Below are positions 13,209 through 21,373 of a stretch of DNA of 24,347 nt, one piece after another. The position numbers and the translations under genes are program-made. The notes under the pieces were generated by a model. The model was not told the DNA's origin. It was given only the letters and a program-made list of their open reading frames with translations, and made no database searches. Position 1 is the first letter of the stretch, and every line of letters starts with the position of its first letter. The stretch is from a virus (Duplodnaviria > Caudoviricetes): positions 1 through 24,347 of IMG/VR virus record IMGVR_UViG_3300020403_000085; one strand, written 5' to 3'.

Positions 13209-15563
13209 TTATACTAGAGAACCAATCCCACCAGCTTGTTGACGCATAGCAATCTCTCTGTCTGCCTCATCTGGCAATATAGATGGAGATAACATTTCTG
13301 GTGCACTCAAGTTACTTGGACCGCTTTGTGGAATTATATTCATTGATTGAGGCGGTGCAATAGATTCAATGTCTTCTAAATATTCGTCATAGCTTGTTGG
13401 AGCCTGATTTCGCAAGTCTTCGCTTTGGTATTCTTGCACGCTTGGCGCAATAATATTTTCGATACCTTTAACTGTACCTCTTAAACCAGCTTGTTTAGCA
13501 ATAAAATCTGTTTCTGAAAAAAATCTGTAGACTTCATCTAAGTTTTTTCCTGCATCTGGATCCGCTAACAATATATCGGTTAGCACCTCTTGATATTTAT
13601 ACTGTTGTTCTTTAGATATTCTATTAATCATATCGTCGCCAAATCTACCGCTGACTATTCTACCTGGTGTGTTTAAAATGAGTTGCCCTAATTGTATAGC
13701 TTTGGTGTTACCGCTTAGTGACTCATTAAGCATTTTGGCTGCCATTTCTGTTAATGGCTGCGTTTGTGAACCGCCAGTAGGTATGCTAAACGCCATACCC
13801 ATAAGCTCGTTAAGTTTGTAAAATTTATCAAACTCTTCTGGCTCTAACATAATCTGCATCATTTTTCTGTTCTTTTCGGACATAAAAAACTTTTGCAGTT
13901 GTGGCATGCCTTTTTGTAGATCTTGAGCTCTGTAAAACCTATCGTATACATCGATCATGTATTGTTTTTTAATGTCCTTAAATAGCTCTGGATCTGCTGC
14001 TTGTAAAATTCTTTTTGAGTTTCGTAACGACTTTTCAGAAACATTAGGATTAAACAGCTCCTTCATTGCATTGGCTGTTTGTTTATCTGTCATAATTTTT
14101 CCAAACTTACCTATCGCGCCTTTTTCAACAAGCTGTAATGCAGGTTTGTTTGGATCATAAACCCTTCTTGCCAAAGCGTAATCTGGGTGCGCCTCATCCA
14201 TTAAGGCAGTCATATCATCCATAATTTGATAAATCTGACCAGCATCTCCAGTGCCTTCACCTTGTAATTTAAAAGCAAGTGCTTTCATTTCGCTTGTACG
14301 CCTAGCATCTAATTCCATCAAATCGGTTACTAAGCTGCCATCTTCTTTAAAAAATATTTTTCTAAATTCAGTTAAATTCTTAACTGTAGATGGTGAAGGC
14401 TCAATAACTCGTATAACCTTTCCATTTCCGTCTAAAACCTCTCCGGCTATTTTGCTATCAATAAGATCTATAACGCCTTGCATCCCGCCAACTTCTGTGC
14501 CATCTGGCGCATTTTTTAAAGAGTTATAAATTTTACTCGCTCTTTGTTTTCTTTTTGCTGTAAGGTCATCTAATACTTTTTTTGCTGTGTCTACAGTCCT
14601 TTGGTTTACATCTCCAACCCTTCCAGACTGTGAACCTATTTCATCAGCATAAGCTAGAATAGCCTCTGATATTCGAGTGGCTTGATTGTCATAAAACTCC
14701 ATGATAGTTCTATTGTCTGGTTGTTGGCTTAAATAGTATTGTATGTTGGCAGCTCTTTTATTTATTTGATTAGCTTGCGCAGTAGTTAAATCAAAACCAA
14801 ACTTTTGTGCTTCACGTTGTATATCATCGGCTGTGCCTCTTAGGTTTAATAGATAAGCTAAAGTGTCTGGTTCATTACGAAATATGCTTATAATTCTGCC
14901 GGTGCCTACACTACCTTGGCCAAAGGGTATTAATGAAAACGAAGAAGAAATCATTAGGTCTTTTGATGCAGCCGCTATTTCTTCTGGTGGCAAAACATAA
15001 AATTGATCAATGGCTAATTCTCTTGCTGTTCTAGGCACAGAACCAGCTGCTACGTTACCAGCAAAACCTCCTATGGCAGTTGTACCTAATAAATAAGCAC
15101 CAGCAGCGTAGTAATTTTTTTGTGCTAACCTAGCAAGAGGGTTTGAGCCGAAACTTAAATCCTTCAAACCTTTTTTAAAACCAATTCTTGCACCCACCAT
15201 ACCGCCTCCTACATCTGCTACAAATGTTGCAGCTGGTACAAGATTAGGCGTAATTTTGTCATTAAAAAAACCAACGGCTTCATTGTCTGGAAACTCTTTG
15301 GAATATTTTTTGTTGTTGTATATCGTTTCACCACGAGGATCTTCATAATAAAGTTCACCGCTTATATTAACGTATTTTTCTGCGCCTCTAGGATCATTAG
15401 GAAAACGCTCATGTGCTAAGAAATCAATTCTTACATCATCGTCAAAAAAGAGATAAGACTTGGCTTTACGCAAAGTATAATTATCCATTTCTTGTTCAAT
15501 TTTAACGCCCATAGCATCAAGATTATCTATATCTTGTAGGTAATCGTTATAATCCTTGCTCAC
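13209..15563 (-). CDS. internal virion / DNA ejection protein, 784 aa
   Basis: Last gene of the virion operon. Helical, with Gly/Ala hydrophobic segments (YAAGAYLLGTTAIGGFAGNVAAG) and C-terminal GGIGSLV. Confidence 0.65.
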   Translation of the reverse strand: MSKDYNDYLQDIDNLDAMGVKIEQEMDNYTLRKAKSYLFFDDDVRIDFLAHERFPNDPRGAEKYVNISGELYYEDPRGETIYNNKKYSKEFPDNEAVGFFNDKITPNLVPAATFVADVGGGMVGARIGFKKGLKDLSFGSNPLARLAQKNYYAAGAYLLGTTAIGGFAGNVAAGSVPRTARELAIDQFYVLPPEEIAAASKDLMISSSFSLIPFGQGSVGTGRIISIFRNEPDTLAYLLNLRGTADDIQREAQKFGFDLTTAQANQINKRAANIQYYLSQQPDNRTIMEFYDNQATRISEAILAYADEIGSQSGRVGDVNQRTVDTAKKVLDDLTAKRKQRASKIYNSLKNAPDGTEVGGMQGVIDLIDSKIAGEVLDGNGKVIRVIEPSPSTVKNLTEFRKIFFKEDGSLVTDLMELDARRTSEMKALAFKLQGEGTGDAGQIYQIMDDMTALMDEAHPDYALARRVYDPNKPALQLVEKGAIGKFGKIMTDKQTANAMKELFNPNVSEKSLRNSKRILQAADPELFKDIKKQYMIDVYDRFYRAQDLQKGMPQLQKFFMSEKNRKMMQIMLEPEEFDKFYKLNELMGMAFSIPTGGSQTQPLTEMAAKMLNESLSGNTKAIQLGQLILNTPGRIVSGRFGDDMINRISKEQQYKYQEVLTDILLADPDAGKNLDEVYRFFSETDFIAKQAGLRGTVKGIENIIAPSVQEYQSEDLRNQAPTSYDEYLEDIESIAPPQSMNIIPQSGPSNLSAPEMLSPSILPDEADREIAMRQQAGGIGSLV

Positions 15564-17002
15564 TGAGTCTGATCCTTAATTTTTTGCTCTATTAGTGCTA
15601 TAAGATTTGCTTTTTCATCTTCTTCCAAATTAGAATCGTTTTGAATTTCTACAATTTTTCTTTGATACGCTTCAATTACAGGGTTTGCGTTCATCGAATA
15701 GGATGATTTCATGCTATCGCCTTTTGCTTGTCCTTTACGATAGCTTTTTATCCACTGATCCGTGTCAAAGTCTTCTGGTGTGCTATAAACATTACCTGCT
15801 GCATCCGTATAATCGCCTTTGGCTATTTTTTCTAATTCATCATATTCTTCATCAGTAAATAGTAAGTTTTCGTCATACCAATCACCCTCAAACTTAGCAA
15901 GATCTCTTCTTACTTGGCTAGCCGAAATTTTGCCATCTAATTCTAAACCCTCAAGCCTGCTTGCTTCTGCGGTGTAAGCTTTAAAGAAATCTACATCCCT
16001 TTGTGCAATTCTTTTTAAATATTCTACTTGTTTTAAGAAACCATTATAGTTTGAACCCAACCCTGGCGATGCTCTTTCAAACATTTCCATTTCTTTGTTA
16101 GAAATCGCACCCTTAGTTCTACTTACAATATCCATAGTAAAACCTAAAGATATTTGACTAAGCAAAATCTGATCGCCCAAAATATCCTGTCTGTTTTCAT
16201 CGGTAATCCCTAACCCTTCTAAAAGCTGTCTTGGAAATAAAGTAAATTTTGCTATTGTACCGAAATTATTTTGTCCTAATCTATTTGCTATGGCTTCCGC
16301 CTCGTCAAGATTAGCAACAGAACTAAGACCAGCTCTATATTTTTCTAATATTTCTTCTTCTGATTTATATTGTTCGGTAATCGCCTTTTCATCTCTTTTG
16401 CTGTAATTTGGTCCTGTTTCTATTTTAATGCTTTGACCAGAGCCTCTTTCATAATATCCCTTTTTTAACAAATCATTAATCATGGTGTCGTTAGCATAGT
16501 TATCGCGAACACTTTTAGTATCTACTTTGCCACCTGGCAAATCTTTAACCAAAGTTAAAAGATCACCTCTTTTGTTTCTGTATTTAAGTTGCTCCATTTC
16601 ATAATCACGCAAAAACTGTAAGGCTTTTTCCTCGCTTTGCATAGCCATTTGTGCTGCTTGTAGTCCTATGCTTTGACGCATTTTTCTGTCTTCTTCTTTT
16701 GAGGCCTGCAATCTATCTGAAATTCTTGTGAAGCCAGCTCCCAATCCTGTATAAGTAGATCCAACGCCAGTATTGGGTGTAGACAATAAACCAGCGCCTA
16801 GCTCGGATGCTACCTCATATATGTTCATTTTTTCTCTTGGTGGACTTATTTTTGAAAGTCTATCGTAATATTTTTGATAACTTGTATCATAATCAGCGCC
16901 AGACAGTTGCTTGACTAAAGCATTGTACTGATCTGAGTTAGCTCCACCGCCATCTTGAAATATATCTACCTGTTCTGGTATTTGTGCTCTGCTGATAGCC
17001 AT
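15560..17002 (-). CDS. internal virion / ejection protein, 480 aa
   Basis: Helical, with TKGAISNKEM.MF...SPGL block and N-terminal MAISRAQ...FQDGG. ATGA overlap with the next gene. Confidence 0.65.
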   Translation of the reverse strand: MAISRAQIPEQVDIFQDGGGANSDQYNALVKQLSGADYDTSYQKYYDRLSKISPPREKMNIYEVASELGAGLLSTPNTGVGSTYTGLGAGFTRISDRLQASKEEDRKMRQSIGLQAAQMAMQSEEKALQFLRDYEMEQLKYRNKRGDLLTLVKDLPGGKVDTKSVRDNYANDTMINDLLKKGYYERGSGQSIKIETGPNYSKRDEKAITEQYKSEEEILEKYRAGLSSVANLDEAEAIANRLGQNNFGTIAKFTLFPRQLLEGLGITDENRQDILGDQILLSQISLGFTMDIVSRTKGAISNKEMEMFERASPGLGSNYNGFLKQVEYLKRIAQRDVDFFKAYTAEASRLEGLELDGKISASQVRRDLAKFEGDWYDENLLFTDEEYDELEKIAKGDYTDAAGNVYSTPEDFDTDQWIKSYRKGQAKGDSMKSSYSMNANPVIEAYQRKIVEIQNDSNLEEDEKANLIALIEQKIKDQTQ

Positions 17003-17004
17003 AA

Positions 17005-18822
17005 TTAATTTTTGCCACCATAAAGTTGTCCTAATGCACCAAAGGCAGAAAGACCTACACCTAAACCAGACTGCATAGGACTTGGTGCTGGAACAAACTG
17101 TGTATCAGTTTGGAACTGACCTGCTGGAGCCATGCTTACAAATGGTTGTAATGCTTGATACTGTAGCAACGGAGTCATTTGTCTTTGTTGTAAGTTTCTA
17201 CGTTGCGCATCTAACATTCGTTGAGCCTGTGTTTGTTGTTGTGTACCCATACCATATAGAGCTCCAATATCACTCAAAGAAGCGCCAGCTGCTTGTGCAC
17301 CTAAACTTGCAAGTCCAGAAGCTCCAGCTCTTTGTGCGGCTGTTTGTCTGGCAAATTCATTCATACCCGCTCTCTGAGCCTCTGAGAAGCCTCTAGCGCG
17401 TAAACTACCTAAAGCCTCTGATAATCCCCTTCCTAGAGCTTCTTGTCGCTCTGCGGCGCCTAAACGCGCTCTTGAGCCAAATGCAGACTGACCGCCTCTT
17501 GCAATATTACCAGCTAATGCTCCAATATCAGACTTTGCGCCTTGCTCCATAACATCTTGTATGGTTTGTTGTACTACTCTATCTTCAAAAGGATTAAAAA
17601 ATCGACCTGTGATACTAGGATCGTAGGCTTGCATAGATGCTTGTAAAGCAGATCTTGCGTCTTGTATATACGGATCTTGTAATCCAAGTGATTGTCTTTG
17701 CATTTCTATAGCTGCAATTTGGTCTGGACTAAATCCAGCAACTTGCTCACCAATAACGATAGGATTACCTTCGTCATCGTAAAAAGTTTTTTCAGCTGCT
17801 CGCATAGCACCTGGTATAAATCCACCCTGTCCATCAAGACCAAATAATAATTGTTGTGTTATCGGATCCATCGTTGACTGTCTTTGTGTTACAGATGCAG
17901 CAAATGGATTATTTAGTGCTTGTCCAGCGCTTGTTGTAGTGGTCGTAGCAACTGGATCTGTTTGTGTTGTTGGTGCAACTTCTGTTGGCGCAGGCCTAGG
18001 TTGATTGGTTGCAACTGGAGCTGGTGGTGGTGTTGTAACTGATGCTGGTGGATCAATGTCTGGTGCTAACCCTGTCTCGAATGGCACACTCGGACCAACT
18101 GGCATTGTTGTATATTTAGGCCCACCTTGTAGTCTTAAACTTTCTGGATCATTTTTTCTCTCAAATGCAGTGCTATTTGCTCCAGGTGTATCTCGATTAC
18201 CAAAGATAGGCACTCCTAGGTCATCTACAGCTCCAAGACCGATACCAGGACTCGGCGCACTTGGAACACCGCTATCTATTGCATCTCTTTCGTCTAAACC
18301 AAAACCACCTCCAGGACCACCGATTGACATAAAATCTTGACGCTTGGGTGGCGTTGGTATTCTTTCAATAGACATGAAATCTCTTTTTTTGTTTATAGGC
18401 ATATCCATTCGCTCTAGCGGTTGTGTCGCTATAGGTTGTTGTATAGGCATTGGCATAGGTTGTGCAACAGGCACTTCTATAGGATCTGCCATAGAGATTG
18501 GCATAGGTTCTGCAACAGGCATTGGCATATCTATAGGCAATCTAATTGGCATTGGAGCTGCTATAGGACTAATGGGTTCTACAGGCATTGGCTCTGGTTG
18601 TATTATTGGTGGCACGAATGGTATCGGCTCACCAACAGGTAATTTTCTAACAATCGGCATAGGCTCTGCTATCGATGGCAGCCTGCCGATTGATGGTGGT
18701 TTTTTTGGCAATCTTATTACAGGTCCACGAGGAAGCGATGGTGTTAATTTTGGTGGTATAGAAATATTTGGATCTATGCCTATTCTTCCCAACCTAGTAT
18801 TCAAATTACGCAATAAACTCAT
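17005..18822 (-). CDS. internal virion / DNA transfer protein with a long Pro-rich N-terminal extension, 605 aa
   Basis: C-terminal half has VAGFSPDQ, FFNPF...V, AFGSRA and an Ala/Gln-rich helical body with a Gly-rich hydrophobic tail. N-terminal half has PMP repeats. Confidence 0.65.
   Translation of the reverse strand: MSLLRNLNTRLGRIGIDPNISIPPKLTPSLPRGPVIRLPKKPPSIGRLPSIAEPMPIVRKLPVGEPIPFVPPIIQPEPMPVEPISPIAAPMPIRLPIDMPMPVAEPMPISMADPIEVPVAQPMPMPIQQPIATQPLERMDMPINKKRDFMSIERIPTPPKRQDFMSIGGPGGGFGLDERDAIDSGVPSAPSPGIGLGAVDDLGVPIFGNRDTPGANSTAFERKNDPESLRLQGGPKYTTMPVGPSVPFETGLAPDIDPPASVTTPPPAPVATNQPRPAPTEVAPTTQTDPVATTTTTSAGQALNNPFAASVTQRQSTMDPITQQLLFGLDGQGGFIPGAMRAAEKTFYDDEGNPIVIGEQVAGFSPDQIAAIEMQRQSLGLQDPYIQDARSALQASMQAYDPSITGRFFNPFEDRVVQQTIQDVMEQGAKSDIGALAGNIARGGQSAFGSRARLGAAERQEALGRGLSEALGSLRARGFSEAQRAGMNEFARQTAAQRAGASGLASLGAQAAGASLSDIGALYGMGTQQQTQAQRMLDAQRRNLQQRQMTPLLQYQALQPFVSMAPAGQFQTDTQFVPAPSPMQSGLGVGLSAFGALGQLYGGKN
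18420..18672 (-). repeat. coding repeats [EAQD]-P-M-P-[IV]
   Basis: EPMPI, EPIPF, EPMPV, APMPI, DMPMPV, EPMPI, QPMPMPI. Recurrent GGCAT(A/T)GG on the plus strand. Confidence 0.85.
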
Positions 18823-18824
18823 AA

Positions 18825-21065
18825 CTAACTCGGCTTGGCTTCGCCAGCGAAAGTGTCCATCATCTTATACATAAGGTCCATGCCTCTTTCTCTGTCTTCA
18901 TTAAAACTTGGTGTTAAACTAATAATACCCTTACTATCTTTTTGCATATCATAAGAACCAGCGCCTCTAACTGCTCGGCCTGTCATAACAAACTCTCCGT
19001 CTGAAAGCATAGCTGGTATATCGTCACTTGTTTCCGTGCCCGGACCATTTATGTCGCCGTCCATTTTAGGAAATTGACTTGGATCAAGCTCACCACCTTC
19101 TTGCAACGCCACAGCTCCACCTTGAGCGTAAGCCATTACAGGACCGCCGTACATCATCATTGGCATAGAACCAATGCCCTTCCTTTGTGGTTTTTGTTGT
19201 GGCATGTTTTGTGATTGAATTGCAATTTTTTGTTGTTGCAGTTGATCGATTTCATCTGCAATCATTTGTGCTCTTTCAAACTCTTTATTTCTAACCACCA
19301 TGTCGTATTCAGTCATTAAATTTTTAATTTCTGCGTCAATAGAAAACATCATCATGTCTGGTGTTCTGGATATTGGTGCGGGAGCTAAAGAGTCCAAAGC
19401 AACAGGTCCACCTTCTTGCATGCCCATAGCCATACCGCCTTGTAGTTCTTCAATCGCACCACCTAAACTCATACCTTTTGGCTTACCTCCAGATAACTCT
19501 GGTATGGTGCCTGCTGGTAGTAAACCAAACTCAACTGGATTTGGTGTCGGTTGGCCCATTCTTCTAGCTATCTCAGCCTCAATATTGTATCTGCCTGTAG
19601 GACTCATGGTTGTTAATGGAGTTAAAGGCACGCCTGTTTGTTTTTGTGCGTCTTCATAAGCTAGCTTACCTAAACCAGCAGCTAATGCCCCGATACCACC
19701 TATTTTTAAGGCTTGGCCAAGACCTCCTAAAAAGCCTCCACCGCCACCGCCGCCAGAGCCACCAATTCCGCCACCGCCGCCTGTCATACGACTAAACATA
19801 CCACCGCCGCTTCCAGCAGCTAATTGTTGTAACTGTTGATATTGTTGCGGATTAGCTGCTATTTGCGCTGGAGTCATGCTATTTAAAGCTGCTTGAGCTT
19901 GTTGTGCTTGATTGTAAGCAGCAACTTGATTTGGTGTGCCACTGCCTAAACCGAATTGATTTGCTAAACCTTGTCCTGCTGCTGGACCGCCTGCAAAAGT
20001 AGAGCCAGTTTGTCCAAAAATGCCACCAGCTAAAGGATTTTGTAATCCAGGTACAATACCGCTAAAACCACCAGCTGTACCACCTGCAATAGGTGAAATA
20101 CCAGGTATGCCTAATTTAGCAATACCTCCTGCAACAGTGCTTCCAATTTTACCCAATGTTCCTCCAATGACAGGTATTTTAGTGGCTAACCCACCTATAC
20201 CGCCTAGAACACCACCAAGAGCTGTACCAACTCCAGGTATGAAAGCTGCAATAGGCGCAACTTTTTTAACTACCTTTTTAAGTTTTTTACCTAGCTTTTT
20301 AAAGAAACCAAATTGTTCTAAGCCTGTCTGCGGATTTAAACTAGCTATGCCTGCTCCAACAACAGCTTGTTCTGGATCTATATTAAATTCTTTGAACTTC
20401 TTTTCTAATGCACTTTCAAACTTTGCATCGTCCATAAACTCTGGCGGTATTACTATTTCGCCCGGACGCACATGCGCTAATGCTGTATCTTCGCCCTCAC
20501 CAGCCATAGCAAGTTGTTCTGCTAATGGAGCTAATGGTGCTTGTATTTTTTGTTGTGATTTTCCAAGTAAGTCTTGTATTTGTTGTTTGGTTTCTTCATC
20601 CATATCATCTAAAGGGTCGGTATCACTTGGCATAGTTTTAGGAAAACTTTGACCAAATCCAGGATCCATATTACGAAAACCGCCTTCTGGTGGTCTTGCA
20701 AAAAAAGCATCTGGATAATTCATCTTTGGCGATAAACTACTTTCTGGCACTAAATCTCTTGGCAAATATATACCTTCTTTTCTGTCTTCTATACCATTTT
20801 GATTGTAGTCCCTATACTCCATAGTCATAGTCGGCCCTGGCACCATACCCTCTGGTAAAGGCGAGCCATCAATAAGTCTAGGTCCTTGCGGCGCGGTGCT
20901 TCTAAATATTTCCATTTCTCGGGATATAGTGCCTTTTCCTGGAGTCATTAATTCAGATAGAGAATCAATCGCTTGCTGGTTTTCTGCTTCCATACGCTCT
21001 GGAGGCAAAGTTGCTGCATCTCCTGTAAGTCCTAATATTCTTTTTCTTAATAACTTATTTATCAT
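18825..21065 (-). CDS. internal virion / pilot-type ejection protein, 746 aa
   Basis: Cationic amphipathic helix followed by a Gly-rich hydrophobic tract. C-terminal GPGTETSDDIPAMLSDGEFV module of the kind seen in tape-measure/ejection proteins. Confidence 0.7.
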   Translation of the reverse strand: MINKLLRKRILGLTGDAATLPPERMEAENQQAIDSLSELMTPGKGTISREMEIFRSTAPQGPRLIDGSPLPEGMVPGPTMTMEYRDYNQNGIEDRKEGIYLPRDLVPESSLSPKMNYPDAFFARPPEGGFRNMDPGFGQSFPKTMPSDTDPLDDMDEETKQQIQDLLGKSQQKIQAPLAPLAEQLAMAGEGEDTALAHVRPGEIVIPPEFMDDAKFESALEKKFKEFNIDPEQAVVGAGIASLNPQTGLEQFGFFKKLGKKLKKVVKKVAPIAAFIPGVGTALGGVLGGIGGLATKIPVIGGTLGKIGSTVAGGIAKLGIPGISPIAGGTAGGFSGIVPGLQNPLAGGIFGQTGSTFAGGPAAGQGLANQFGLGSGTPNQVAAYNQAQQAQAALNSMTPAQIAANPQQYQQLQQLAAGSGGGMFSRMTGGGGGIGGSGGGGGGGFLGGLGQALKIGGIGALAAGLGKLAYEDAQKQTGVPLTPLTTMSPTGRYNIEAEIARRMGQPTPNPVEFGLLPAGTIPELSGGKPKGMSLGGAIEELQGGMAMGMQEGGPVALDSLAPAPISRTPDMMMFSIDAEIKNLMTEYDMVVRNKEFERAQMIADEIDQLQQQKIAIQSQNMPQQKPQRKGIGSMPMMMYGGPVMAYAQGGAVALQEGGELDPSQFPKMDGDINGPGTETSDDIPAMLSDGEFVMTGRAVRGAGSYDMQKDSKGIISLTPSFNEDRERGMDLMYKMMDTFAGEAKPS

Positions 21066-21373
21066 TATGTACTCACTGTCACACTACCTATACTCATTGT
21101 AGCAGATAATCCTGTCAAGTAAGTTTGATGTTCATACAGATTTCTAAACTCTGTACCATCAAAGCCTTGATGAACCTCTGTCGTACTGTTAAATATAATC
21201 GCTCCAGTAGCAAATTGCAATTCACTTACCTCTGTAGAATTAAAGACTTGAATAGCATTTGGATCGATTGAACCAAGGTTAATTTCTAATATTCTTATTA
21301 AACGATTAAATGTATCGGCTGAAACTGTTTCGCCTGTAGCAAAAGGTAAGTTGGTTGGCAATAGCTTGCTCAT
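21065..21373 (-). CDS. small virion-module protein, 102 aa
   Basis: Coupled to both neighbours. Contains GAIIFNSTT...QGFDG, a tail-protein-like motif. Confidence 0.6.
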   Translation of the reverse strand: MSKLLPTNLPFATGETVSADTFNRLIRILEINLGSIDPNAIQVFNSTEVSELQFATGAIIFNSTTEVHQGFDGTEFRNLYEHQTYLTGLSATMSIGSVTVST

